Shown in pieces: positions 49,214-58,778 of a stretch of DNA of 64,000 nucleotides. This stretch comes from an uncultured Bdellovibrionales bacterium. GTDB taxonomy: Bacteria > Patescibacteriota > Minisyncoccia > Moranbacterales > UBA2206. Numbering within the stretch: the first letter of the stretch is position 1; each line of letters opens with the position of its first letter. The notes under the pieces were generated by a model. The model saw only the letters and a list, made by a program, of their open reading frames with translations. It had not been told where the DNA came from and searched no databases. The stretch is from the NCBI GenBank assembly GCA_964636505.1, contig CAZWRY010000003.1, forward strand, positions 4,871-68,870. Direction: 5' to 3'. The translations under genes and the position numbers were made by a program.

Positions 49214-49906
49214 ATGCCTAATCTTATTTTATCAGCCGATGATTTCGGCATAAACCAAAAAACCAACAATAATATTCTGGAGCTTATCCGGTTAAAAAAA
49301 ATTGACCGAGTAGCCATTTTGGTTGATGGCTTACTTAGTCAATCCGAAATAAATCAATTGGTAAATTCAGGAATCAAGCTGGATATTCATCTTAATCTGG
49401 ATAAATTAAGTAAAAAAAAGAATTCCGGAAAATTTAAAGAATGGGCCTTGGGTCGCATAATTTATTTTTTATACTTGTATTCCGTCGGGTCAATCGGCGC
49501 CGCTTCAGCTGAAGTTTCCTGGGAAGAACAGGTCTCAAAATTTGAGAAATTATTCAAACGAAAGCCGGACGGAGCCAACTCGCACCAACATATCCATTTT
49601 TTCCCCGTCTATTTTAAGGTTCTCCTGAAGATTTGTAAAAAACACCGGATTGGTTATTTGCGTTTTGGAAGAAACTGCTTGCGAAAAAATATTAATTTTG
49701 TCTGTTTTATTCTAAACACGCTAAGGCTGAAAAATTTGAAAATTTTTTCCCAATCGGGGATCGCAACTTCCGAACTGCTTGTTAGTCTGGATTGGATAGA
49801 CTCTGAGAAGATTGAAGTTTTTTTCCAAAGTTCAACTGAAGAAACAGTTGAGCTGGTCTGTCATCCGGAAAGAGAAAAAGAGTTTAAATTTTTAAAAAAA
49901 TTCTAG
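49214..49906 (+). CDS. ChbG/HpnK (YdjC) family deacetylase
   Basis: SADDFG, IHLNL, SHQHIH, ELVCHP. Confidence 0.9.
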   Translation: MPNLILSADDFGINQKTNNNILELIRLKKIDRVAILVDGLLSQSEINQLVNSGIKLDIHLNLDKLSKKKNSGKFKEWALGRIIYFLYLYSVGSIGAASAEVSWEEQVSKFEKLFKRKPDGANSHQHIHFFPVYFKVLLKICKKHRIGYLRFGRNCLRKNINFVCFILNTLRLKNLKIFSQSGIATSELLVSLDWIDSEKIEVFFQSSTEETVELVCHPEREKEFKFLKKF

Positions 49907-50202
49907 TCTTCTTTGGTTTGATCCTCCTCGCCTAAAAATATTTTAGCCGCATAAACGGAGATTAAAACTAAAACCAGGGTTAAGATTATAGCATAAGCGA
50001 ATTTTGCCCAAAGATTGCCTTTTTCCAAAGGAAACAAATATTCAATAAGTTCCTTGATCGCATCATTCCAGGCCAAGCCAACTACCAAGCCCAAGCCGGC
50101 GGTAATAAAAGTAAAAATCTTCTTGTTTACCTCTCTCTGGATGGATCGTCCGTCCTTTTTTATTTTATTCAGACCGTTTTTTTTAAATATTTCCATAGAC
50201 AT
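49903..50202 (-). CDS. Small 2-TM protein (DUF5654-like)
   Basis: ITAGLGLVVGLAWNDAIK...FAYAIILT. Confidence 0.7.
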   Translation of the reverse strand: MSMEIFKKNGLNKIKKDGRSIQREVNKKIFTFITAGLGLVVGLAWNDAIKELIEYLFPLEKGNLWAKFAYAIILTLVLVLISVYAAKIFLGEEDQTKED

Positions 50203-50221
50203 TTAAAACAATAAATTTTTT

Positions 50222-50524
50222 TTATTTTTCTCCGTCCATTTCACGCAAAATATTTCGCATTGTCAAAACACCGGCTAAAAGTAAAACGGCAAAAAAAGCC
50301 CTGAAAACTATCGCTAAATAATAAGCCCACGCGCTGTTTCCGAATTCAAATAACCCTAAAATTTCTCCGGCAACAAAAGCAATCAAGGCTCCCAAAATAA
50401 ATTTATACGAGATATCCAGCTCTTTTTCCACCCGCCAAACTATCCCGAAAGCAAAAATGATTGAAATAAGCGTCAGGGCAATCACGAAACTGCTTGAAAT
50501 TATCTGAAAAAATTCGATTGTCAT
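50222..50524 (-). CDS. Small 3-TM membrane protein
   Basis: Hydrophobic ORF overlapping the upstream stop by 4 bp. Confidence 0.65.
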   Translation of the reverse strand: MTIEFFQIISSSFVIALTLISIIFAFGIVWRVEKELDISYKFILGALIAFVAGEILGLFEFGNSAWAYYLAIVFRAFFAVLLLAGVLTMRNILREMDGEK

Positions 50525-51927
50525 CTGCCCACCTCCTTTCTTTTTCCCAAAAAGCCTTCATTTTCAAAAATTTCCTCGGTAATTTGCACTTTGGCATTCT
50601 CTGAAAGATGATGTTCCAATATTAAAAGCAGAAGAAATATAAAAAACAAAGCCAAAAACAACAGAATCAACCAACCCAAACCGGACAAGATGCCTGTTAA
50701 TGTAATAATTATCCCCGAGCCGAAACAAAAGAGAGGTTTTTCTTTCAGATAAAATTCATCTTCGGAAAAAATATTGATATTTTTGTATGAAGTTTTCACT
50801 AAAACTTTATATTTTCCGGTTTTTAATAATTTTGATAAATCTATTTTTTTATAAATTTCTTGATTGCCAAAAATATTTACCGGATCGGAAAGTTCAATCA
50901 ATTTATTGCCGGCAGAATCCTTTATTTCATATTTCAAAAAACTCAATTGAGGATTAAATTCGGTTATTTGGGTAATAACACTTTTAAGCTCCAGGATTTC
51001 CCCGGCATAAACAGCCTTGTCCTGATTTTGCACTTCCATTTCAAAATCAAAAGGCAATCCTTTTAAAGGAGCTACTATTTCTTTTATTCCTTCTTCCGCT
51101 TCTTTTTTGCTTACTATATAGAAAATCGCCGAATCTGATTTATATCGGGAAGAGTCCTTGGGATCAATAGCTTTGACTTTTATTTCATATGTTCCCAAAG
51201 CTAAATTCAAGGGAGGCTGCCATTGCCAAAAACCATTTTTATTGGCTCTTACTTCAGCAAATATCCCAGTCTTTCCGATTATTTCAATTCTTATCTTGGC
51301 TTTCTCCATATTGGTGTGACCGGTGAAAACAGGTTTTTGATTTTCAATTTTAAAAACACCCGAAAAACTTTTAATCACTATTGAATCAATTGTTTCTATT
51401 TTACATGTTGGATTTTTTTTCTTTTCGTCATTCTCGTCTTCATCGTCTCCTTCATCGGCTGGGATCGGAATGACACACGCCTCAATTGTTTTTTCAGCTA
51501 AATCAGAACTGACTTCGGTTCCGTTGGTGCCCACGGCCACAACAACATATTGGTATGTTCCAGGCCACAAAGCTTCGTCGGCATATTCATTGTCCGTAAT
51601 CCCAATTTCCAGAAGCTCTCCATTTCTCATTATTTTGAAAGAATCCACCAGCGGATCCGGACTCCAAGAAAGATGGATATACGCATCAGCCCCATCACAA
51701 CCATCTGTGAGTTGAACCTCCGGCTTAGCCGGATCGCCGGCCACCAACACACTCACATTTACACCTTTTATTCGCCCGTATTTATCCTGGAAATCTCTTT
51801 TAAAAAAATTTTGGTCCAAAGAAAAACCAACCGCCAGATAGCTTGTTAAAAAAAATAAGGCCAAGGCTAAATTGGCTTTCAGCAGCCATTTTATCGGAAC
51901 TATCTTTTTTACTGATTTCCCAGACAT
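50521..51927 (-). CDS. Surface protein with FN3/Ig-like domains and C-terminal TM helix
   Basis: LSWS...YQYVVVA, PVFTGHT...GFWQWQ...LGTYEIKV; hydrophobic C-terminus. Confidence 0.7.
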   Translation of the reverse strand: MSGKSVKKIVPIKWLLKANLALALFFLTSYLAVGFSLDQNFFKRDFQDKYGRIKGVNVSVLVAGDPAKPEVQLTDGCDGADAYIHLSWSPDPLVDSFKIMRNGELLEIGITDNEYADEALWPGTYQYVVVAVGTNGTEVSSDLAEKTIEACVIPIPADEGDDEDENDEKKKNPTCKIETIDSIVIKSFSGVFKIENQKPVFTGHTNMEKAKIRIEIIGKTGIFAEVRANKNGFWQWQPPLNLALGTYEIKVKAIDPKDSSRYKSDSAIFYIVSKKEAEEGIKEIVAPLKGLPFDFEMEVQNQDKAVYAGEILELKSVITQITEFNPQLSFLKYEIKDSAGNKLIELSDPVNIFGNQEIYKKIDLSKLLKTGKYKVLVKTSYKNINIFSEDEFYLKEKPLFCFGSGIIITLTGILSGLGWLILLFLALFFIFLLLLILEHHLSENAKVQITEEIFENEGFLGKRKEVGR

Positions 51928-52060
51928 TTTATTTTTATTCTTTGTTTATTCAAAGCCCCTCTCTCTCCTGCCCTTTTTATTAATTTTATGATATCATAAA
52001 CAGTGTCTTTTTTCTATAAAAATGTGTTATTATAATAAGGTTCATTAAGAGAAATAATTT

Positions 52061-52564
52061 ATGCCAAAAAAAATATACAGCTTATTATTAGTCTGCCTGG
52101 GAATATTTTTTGTTTCCGGAAAAACTTTGGCGGTTTGTCCGGTTTGCACTGTTGCCGTTGGAGCCGGCGTAGGACTTTCCCGATGGCTGGGAATTGATGA
52201 TACAATCGCCGGAGTATGGATCGGAGGACTCACTATTTCCCTGATTCTTTGGACAATCAGCTGGCTTAATAAAAAAAATATCCGCTTCAAGGGCCGAAAT
52301 ATTATCCTTTTTCTGGTCTATTATTTGCTAATTGTTGTTCCTCTTTATTTTTCCGGAATCATCGGACATCCCTATAACACTTTATGGGGCTTGGATAAAT
52401 TAATTTTGGGAATAATAACCGGAAGCTTTTTCTTCTTTTTGGGAGCCTGGGGTTATGCTTTCGTCAAACAAAAAAGAGGCAAGGCCCTTTTCCCTTTTCA
52501 AAAAGTCGTTATGCCCGTTTCTCCACTGATAATCTTGAGTTTTATTTTTTATTTTTTAACTTAA
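52061..52564 (+). CDS. Membrane protein with N-terminal CxxC
   Basis: Signal-like start, AVCPVCTVAVGAG, several TM helices, FPFQKV. Confidence 0.75.
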   Translation: MPKKIYSLLLVCLGIFFVSGKTLAVCPVCTVAVGAGVGLSRWLGIDDTIAGVWIGGLTISLILWTISWLNKKNIRFKGRNIILFLVYYLLIVVPLYFSGIIGHPYNTLWGLDKLILGIITGSFFFFLGAWGYAFVKQKRGKALFPFQKVVMPVSPLIILSFIFYFLT

Positions 52565-52671
52565 GTTCGTTAAATAATCCCTTTTAAATAAATTAGGATT
52601 TTTTATTTAATTAATAAAAAATTAGTTAAACAAATTATTATCCAAAATCTATTTAATAGGGCAAGTGACAT

Positions 52672-53205
52672 ATGGAAAACAGAGACTTTAAAAAAATAAA
52701 TGAGTTTATAGACAAAGTTGATTCAATGAAAAAAGAAAATAAATTAGATCTCTCTTCTGATCAGGACTTGTCCATCGCTATTATGAATCTGGTCAGCATT
52801 GAAGAACATTTCTTTTTTACCGGAGCTAAGTTAAATAAGCCTGAATATTACGATCTCATCAAGGATGTTCGGGAGATGCGCAAAGAATTGCTCAAAAAAA
52901 TAATCAAAGAATACGAAGGCGAGGTTTGGTGTATTTCCAAACATCTTTTAGCGGCCTCCATGCGCCTTATGGAAGTGGGAACCAAACAACTGGGAATAGG
53001 TAAAAAAGAAGAGGCCTATGATTTATTCAATAAAGCTTACAATCTTTATTCTCTTTTTTGGGGCATAAACATGAAACTTATCAAAACCGATGATATCAAA
53101 AAAATAGATGAACAGGCTCTCAATAAGCACGACCAGGAGAAAAAAGGCTTCATGGGAAAACTGGGCGAACTGGTTAAAAAGGCGATTGATTGCTGTATTG
53201 AATAA
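52672..53205 (+). CDS. Helical hypothetical protein with IEEH, WCISKH and terminal DCCIE motifs
   Basis: Clean ORF followed by a terminator. Confidence 0.75.
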   Translation: MENRDFKKINEFIDKVDSMKKENKLDLSSDQDLSIAIMNLVSIEEHFFFTGAKLNKPEYYDLIKDVREMRKELLKKIIKEYEGEVWCISKHLLAASMRLMEVGTKQLGIGKKEEAYDLFNKAYNLYSLFWGINMKLIKTDDIKKIDEQALNKHDQEKKGFMGKLGELVKKAIDCCIE

Positions 53206-53217
53206 AAAATTCTAAGG

Positions 53218-53251
53218 AAAAACGCTGCCGGTAACCTGACAGCGTTTTTTT
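53218..53251. terminator. Bidirectional intrinsic terminator
   Basis: AAAAACGCTG...CAGCGTTTTTT between convergent genes. Confidence 0.8.
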
Positions 53252-53396
53252 AGTTTTTCCAGTTAAGTATTTTTTCTTCCAATGCCTTAACTTTATCCAC
53301 AGATTTGTCAAAATTTTCCCAATCTCCTTTATCCAAGCAATCTTTTTGAAAAGCGATAAGACATTCAAGTTCTTTTAGGAGTTGGAATTTTGACAT
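53250..53396 (-). CDS. 48-aa helical small protein MSKFQLLKELECLIAFQKDCLDKGDWENFDKSVDKVKALEEKILNWKN
   Basis: Hand-translated, below the track cutoff; own promoter TTGACA-N17-TATACT at 53511-53539; stop abuts a terminator. Confidence 0.6.
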   Translation of the reverse strand: MSKFQLLKELECLIAFQKDCLDKGDWENFDKSVDKVKALEEKILNWKN

Positions 53397-53555
53397 AATT
53401 TAGTTGAAAAATAATAAATTAACAAATAAAAAAATACCTTTCTGGAAAGTATGTTTTTTTATTGGAGGTTAACCAGCCCGAGAGTTTCTGTTTTATCTGA
53501 CCACATAGTAAGTATACACTAATTTTTTGCTTTTGTCAAAAACGAAAATAAAAAA

Positions 53556-54818
53556 TTATTTCTTGCTTGCGTAAGTTCCGGCTGCATAGCCCGTACTCCA
53601 GCAAATTTGCAAGTTATAGCCTCCGGTCGGCCCGTCTAAATCCAAGATTTCACCGGCAAAAAATAAATTGGAAACAATTCTGGATTGCATGGTTTTGGAA
53701 TCAACTTCCCGCGTATCAATCCCTCCACTGGTTATGATCGCCTGTTTAAAATCGGCGACTCTCACCGCTGTCACGCTTAATTTTTTTAGTAAGTGCAACA
53801 TTTTTTTTCTTTCTGTTTGAGTTATGAAATGCATTTTTTTCTTCGCTTCAATGCCTGAAAGATCAATAAAGTTTTCAATCATTTTTTGCGGTAAAAGACT
53901 GCCTAAATAGTTTTTAAAATCTTTTTTGCTATTTTCTTTGAAGTCTTTTTGAAGACGCTGATCCAATTCCTTAAAATCAAGAGCTGGTTTTAAGTCAATT
54001 TCAATTCGCACTTCGCTTTTTTTCAAAAGTTCATCCACTTTTTTGCTGATATCCAAAATAATCGGGCCGCTGAGACCAAAATGCGTAAAAAGCATTTCTC
54101 CAAAACGCTCATCTTGCTTTTTATTGTTCTGAAAAACACTTATCCTCACGTTTTTTAGGCTCAGGCCTTGCCAATTCTTGACCCAAATTTCTTTCGTCTT
54201 AATTGGTGCCAAAGCCGGTCTGGGTTCAATAATCGTATGTCCCATTTTTTTGGCAAAAACATATCCCTCTCCGCTTGATCCGGTCGCCGGATAACTTTTC
54301 CCGCCAGTACACAAAATAAATTTATCCGCATATATTTTTTCTGTTTTGCCCGCATTCGTTACTTTTACAAATTGTATTTTCTCTTTTTCCATTTCAAAAC
54401 CTTTAACCTGATTCCCCAGAAATATTTTAACTTTTTTTTCTTTTAAAAATCCCATCAATTTATTCAGCACATCTTGCGCCTTGTCAGACACGGGAAAAAC
54501 TCGTCCGCCCCTTTCTATCTTTGTCGGCATATCTCTTGCTTCAAAAAATTCAATTATTTCTTTCGGACCAAAAGACGCAAGAGATGAAAATAAAAATTTA
54601 CCCTTCTTCCCGAGCTCCGCAATAAATTTCCGCTCATCAAATTCGGCTTGAGTGATATTACAGCGACCTTTGCCAGTAATAAGGATCTTCTTGCCCAAAT
54701 TTTTATTTTTTTCCAGCAAAACAACCCGAGCTCCTTGCTCAGCTGCGCGTCCGGCTGCCATCATTCCTGCCGGTCCGCCTCCAATTATTGCAATATCAAA
54801 TTTTTGATAAGTTCCCAT
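53556..54818 (-). CDS. HI0933/BaiN family flavoprotein
   Basis: IIGGGPAG, ITGKGRCNIT, TGGKSYP, TSGG, GGYNLQ. Confidence 0.95.
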   Translation of the reverse strand: MGTYQKFDIAIIGGGPAGMMAAGRAAEQGARVVLLEKNKNLGKKILITGKGRCNITQAEFDERKFIAELGKKGKFLFSSLASFGPKEIIEFFEARDMPTKIERGGRVFPVSDKAQDVLNKLMGFLKEKKVKIFLGNQVKGFEMEKEKIQFVKVTNAGKTEKIYADKFILCTGGKSYPATGSSGEGYVFAKKMGHTIIEPRPALAPIKTKEIWVKNWQGLSLKNVRISVFQNNKKQDERFGEMLFTHFGLSGPIILDISKKVDELLKKSEVRIEIDLKPALDFKELDQRLQKDFKENSKKDFKNYLGSLLPQKMIENFIDLSGIEAKKKMHFITQTERKKMLHLLKKLSVTAVRVADFKQAIITSGGIDTREVDSKTMQSRIVSNLFFAGEILDLDGPTGGYNLQICWSTGYAAGTYASKK

Positions 54819-54856
54819 AAATTATTTTCTGTTTTTAGTTTAGCATAAAATCCAAT

Positions 54857-54888
54857 AAAAAAAGCAACTGATAAACAAGCTGCTTTTT
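54857..54888 (-). terminator. typA terminator
   Basis: AAAAGCA...TGCTTTT stem with T run. Confidence 0.65.
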
Positions 54889-54895
54889 GAAAGTT

Positions 54896-56677
54896 TTATT
54901 GCCGATTAGCCCTTCTTCTGTCTATTTCGGTCAAAAATTGTTTTCTGAGACGAACACTTTGAGGCGTAACTTCCAGAAATTCATCTTCTGCCATAATTTC
55001 CAAGCCTCTTTCAATTGACAATTTTAGAGGTGGGACAAGTTGGATGGCCTCGTCAGCACCAGAAGCACGCATATTGGAAAGCTGTTTACCTTTAATTGGA
55101 TTAACTGTCATATCTAAACCTTTGGATGAGTTTCCAATGACCATACCTTCGTAAACCTCAGTACCTGGATCAATATATAAGACTCCCCGATCCTGTAAAT
55201 TCCAAAGTGAAAATCCCAAGGCCTTACCTGTCACACAGGAAATCATCGAACCAACATCACGTTTCTTAATTTCTCCAACGTGAGGTCTGTAACCAATAAC
55301 TCTTGAACAAAGAATCCCTTCTCCGCGGGTATCAATAATAAAATCGCTACGATATCCGAGTAGTCCGCGTGTTGGAACCTCAAAAAGCATTCTGATCTGC
55401 GAACCTATTTTTTTCATATCCGTCATAATGCCCTTTCTTTTACCAATTTTTTCAATAACTGTACCTGAATACATTTCAGGCACATCAACTGTCGCCTCTT
55501 CAAAGGGCTCTTGTTTTTTCCCATCTATTTCTTTTACAATAACCTGGGGTTGAGAAACCTGAATTTCATATCCTTCGCGTCGCATATTTTCCATTAGAAT
55601 TGCCACATGTAATTCCCCTCTTCCATAAACTTTGTACGAATCGGCAAAGAAATCAATTTTGAGTCCCACATTGACCTCCAATTCTTTTTCCAAACGTTCA
55701 CGAATTTGTTTATTGGTCACAAATTTTCCTTCGCGTCCAGCAAAAGGAGAATTATTAACCATAAAACTAAGGGAAATAGTTGGTTCATCCACCAAGATAG
55801 CCGGCAAAGCTTCCTGCTCAGCGTTTTCACAGAGCGTTTCACCAATATCAATTGTTGGAAAACCAGAAATCATTACAATATCACCAGCGTAAGCTTCTTG
55901 GACCTCTTCTCTTTGCAAGCCCTTGAAAGTAAAAAGTTTGGTTACTCGGCCCGCTTCAATCTTTCCATCCATTTTTTTAAGAATAAGATTGCTTCCAGTT
56001 TTCACTGTACCTTCATAAATTCTACCTACAGCCAAGCGCCCCAAAAAATTATCGTAACCCAAATTAAAAGGTTGAAAGCGGAAAGGGGCATCTATTTTGG
56101 CAGCAGCTAGTTTCACTTTTAAAAGAATGGTATCCAATAGTGGTGATAAATCATTAGATTCATCATCTAAGTGATTTTTGGCAATGCCTTGTTTGCCAAT
56201 GGCATAAACAGTAGTAAAATCAAGCTGCTCGTCCGTAGCTCCCAGATCCAGAAAAAGTTCAAAGACCTGTTCTTGAGCCAAATCTGGATTGGCCGCTGGC
56301 TTGTCGATTTTATTAATCACAACAATTGGCTTTAGGCCAAGTTCCAAGGATTTTTTGAGTACAAATCGAGTCTGTGGCATTGGACCCTCCTGAGCGTCCA
56401 CAACTAAAAGCACGCTATCAATTGACCTGAGAACACGTTCCACTTCTGAACCAAAATCGGCATGCCCTGGAGTATCCACAATATTAATTTTTGTGCCACG
56501 ATAAAAAACGGAGGCATTTTTGGAATAAATGGTTATCCCTCGCTCCTTTTCCAAAGCATTTGAATCCATACTCATGTTTTCATCTGATGTCATCCCTGTT
56601 TGTTTCATAATGGCATCCGTAAGAGTCGTCTTTCCATGGTCAACATGAGCGATAATGGCAATATTTCTTATTTCCAT
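54896..56677 (-). CDS. typA: Translational GTPase TypA/BipA
   Basis: [38 protein letters not shown]. Confidence 0.98.
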   Translation of the reverse strand: MEIRNIAIIAHVDHGKTTLTDAIMKQTGMTSDENMSMDSNALEKERGITIYSKNASVFYRGTKINIVDTPGHADFGSEVERVLRSIDSVLLVVDAQEGPMPQTRFVLKKSLELGLKPIVVINKIDKPAANPDLAQEQVFELFLDLGATDEQLDFTTVYAIGKQGIAKNHLDDESNDLSPLLDTILLKVKLAAAKIDAPFRFQPFNLGYDNFLGRLAVGRIYEGTVKTGSNLILKKMDGKIEAGRVTKLFTFKGLQREEVQEAYAGDIVMISGFPTIDIGETLCENAEQEALPAILVDEPTISLSFMVNNSPFAGREGKFVTNKQIRERLEKELEVNVGLKIDFFADSYKVYGRGELHVAILMENMRREGYEIQVSQPQVIVKEIDGKKQEPFEEATVDVPEMYSGTVIEKIGKRKGIMTDMKKIGSQIRMLFEVPTRGLLGYRSDFIIDTRGEGILCSRVIGYRPHVGEIKKRDVGSMISCVTGKALGFSLWNLQDRGVLYIDPGTEVYEGMVIGNSSKGLDMTVNPIKGKQLSNMRASGADEAIQLVPPLKLSIERGLEIMAEDEFLEVTPQSVRLRKQFLTEIDRRRANRQ

Positions 56678-56790
56678 AAAAATTTACTTTAATAAAAACA
56701 AAAACCGCCGAGAAGCAGTTTAACAAACTGTTAGTTTTTTGATACTAACACAGGAAAAACAAAAAAGCAAGATTGAACTTTTAAAATTTT

Positions 56791-57408
56791 CTACAGCAAT
56801 TGGCTTGTTTTTTTATAATACAAATCAACATCTTCAATCCATTTAGCTACGCTTTCCGGATCATGCGTTTCACATGTATTCCCACATTTCCAAATTGCCA
56901 TTTCAGAAGGAGTTTTGATGTTTTGATCCAAAAGTTCGCGAATTCTTCCGCCCACCACATTCACGGCCTGCTCGCGATTTCTAAAGCAACTATACCCGGA
57001 ATCGGTCTGGTTATAACTGCCTCTGTATCCCCAATAATTAAAGCACTCTCTGCCATTTTTTTCTGGATGATAAATTCCCCAATTGCTTTCTTTTTTAGCA
57101 ATAGCCACAAGATAGGCAGCTACATTTTTGTCTTTTTGAACAATAAAGGGAATCATCGTTTCAATAGGATGATTGGCTACCATGCGACTTACTTTTTTTT
57201 CAAAATCGGATTTAATTTTAATTTCCATTTGCAGCGTTTCTTGAATTTGTTTTCCAATTCCGAAAAGAAAAGCACTAAAAGTCAAAGAAAAAATAATTAA
57301 AAAAGCCAAAAAAACATCTTCAATATGAGGTTTCTCAATTTTTACTCTTTTTATTCTTTTGACTATCGTCCCTCTCCAAAAATTCAATTGTTTTTTGATT
57401 TTTTCCAT
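56791..57408 (-). CDS. Membrane-anchored putative lysozyme-fold protein, paralog 3
   Basis: AIAKKESNWG, CFNYWGYRGSYNQTDSGYSCF, IWKCG. Confidence 0.6.
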   Translation of the reverse strand: MEKIKKQLNFWRGTIVKRIKRVKIEKPHIEDVFLAFLIIFSLTFSAFLFGIGKQIQETLQMEIKIKSDFEKKVSRMVANHPIETMIPFIVQKDKNVAAYLVAIAKKESNWGIYHPEKNGRECFNYWGYRGSYNQTDSGYSCFRNREQAVNVVGGRIRELLDQNIKTPSEMAIWKCGNTCETHDPESVAKWIEDVDLYYKKTSQLL

Positions 57409-57421
57409 TTTTACCTTAAAT

Positions 57422-57499
57422 AAAACAAAAAACGGGCTAGCACCCGCTCTTTTTACATCTCTGCCTATGTATTATAGCATATTTAAGCCAAAAAATCAA
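57422..57499 (-). promoter_or_regulatory. Promoter TTGATT-N17-TATAAT plus ATG-TAA mini-ORF and terminator hairpin in the leader
   Basis: -35 at 57494-57499, -10 at 57471-57476; AGATGTAAAAAGAGCGGG-TGCTAG-CCCGTTTTTT. Confidence 0.65.
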
Positions 57500-57513
57500 G
57501 CTTTTTAAATAAA

Positions 57514-58677
57514 TTATTTTTCCAAAAGAATTTTGTTAATCATATCTTCGTCTTGGCAAGAATATTTATTGTCCGGAGAATAATATCTTTTTTTTGGTCC
57601 ATAGCAGCCGCCATTTTCTTTGTCCAATACTCCAAACATCGGCATTAAAAAACCCATATCACGACCCGTGAAATATTTATAGACATTTTTTAATGTTTTG
57701 GCGCGAGTGTCCTTATCCATTCTGGCAAAAATATCCAGATCATCCGTTTTAATTCCGGTCCAATCCAAATGTAATAAAACATTTTTAGCGTTTTTAGAAT
57801 ATGTTTCATCCCAAAGAAGCGCCCAGCACCCTCCCCAGCGATCCAAACAGGGGCCCGTTGGAAGGTTGCCATCTTCATCAATTCCTATTCCGCCCTCAAT
57901 GTAGTCAAACATTGAAATAAATTCTGGGTCATTCATTGTCCCCGTTTGTGCTCCGATAATAATATCAATGCCCTTCTTTTTAGCATATTTTCTCATATCC
58001 TTGATAACATCGGAAATGCGGTGTGCTCCATTGCCTCTTTGCATATAAATCTGACCGAAAGTAAAGCTTTGGATTCCCAAATCCATTGCGCGACGAGTAA
58101 CATATTCAAGATAGCCACGATATTCGCTGCTACCGAAATCAGCTTTACAGGAACGCTCCCCCCAAACATTCTGGCTTCCTTCTTGACACATCTTACCAAA
58201 ATCAAAATAGCGCTGTTCTTCTTCGTTCCAATATTTTGCATTTTCTTTAAGCGCCTCGGCCAAAAACATTCCATAAACTACATTTTTTAGAGTTATTCTG
58301 TCCATTACATATCCGATAGTTTCAAAATCCGGAGGCATCATCCAAGTTTCTACCGCTCGATGCAAATAATAACACTCGGAACGATTAATAAGCTTGATAT
58401 AATCCTCTCGATCCGGATTATACTCGGAGAGTAAGCCATCAGCTACACAGCCTTGCCGTTTTAATTTGCTCATGGAAACCGGCTGCGGTTTTGGTTTTTC
58501 TATTTTACTGAAAGACAAGAGACGTTTTTCCCTCCTTTCAATCTTTGCAAATTCAATTGCCTTTGGAGTATAGTATTTTTTTTCAATCCAAAGAAGAAAA
58601 ACTACCAAAAAAGACAATCCGATTATTATTAGGAAGGCAATTGAGGTTCTGATTTTTTTTTGAAAATCAATTTTCAT
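57514..58677 (-). CDS. Membrane-anchored hypothetical protein with several Cys
   Basis: N-terminal TM helix, 387-aa clean ORF; no family recognised. Confidence 0.65.
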   Translation of the reverse strand: MKIDFQKKIRTSIAFLIIIGLSFLVVFLLWIEKKYYTPKAIEFAKIERREKRLLSFSKIEKPKPQPVSMSKLKRQGCVADGLLSEYNPDREDYIKLINRSECYYLHRAVETWMMPPDFETIGYVMDRITLKNVVYGMFLAEALKENAKYWNEEEQRYFDFGKMCQEGSQNVWGERSCKADFGSSEYRGYLEYVTRRAMDLGIQSFTFGQIYMQRGNGAHRISDVIKDMRKYAKKKGIDIIIGAQTGTMNDPEFISMFDYIEGGIGIDEDGNLPTGPCLDRWGGCWALLWDETYSKNAKNVLLHLDWTGIKTDDLDIFARMDKDTRAKTLKNVYKYFTGRDMGFLMPMFGVLDKENGGCYGPKKRYYSPDNKYSCQDEDMINKILLEK

Positions 58678-58733
58678 CTTTTAGTTTCTTTAGCATATTT
58701 CATTATATTACAAAAAAACAAAAAAATCCAGAT

Positions 58734-58772
58734 AAAAAAACAACCCCGATTCCTCGGGATTGTTTTGTTTTT
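58734..58772. terminator. Terminator after the cold-shock gene
   Basis: AAAACAACCCCGA-TTCC-TCGGGATTGTTTT. Confidence 0.75.
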
Positions 58773-58778
58773 TCAGGA

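Noticed and set aside
53293-53301. DnaA box TTATCCACA (also at 2495-2503)
   Set aside because: Isolated and inside coding sequence; no cluster, no dnaA and no strand-bias switch.
53174-53368. 64-aa minus-strand track ORF
   Set aside because: Runs through a terminator into the convergent gene; the 48-aa frame fits better.
53450-53480. preQ1-I-like look (GGTT...CCAATAAAAAAAC)
   Set aside because: The P1 stem is too short, the loop consensus is missing and the downstream gene is unrelated to queuosine.
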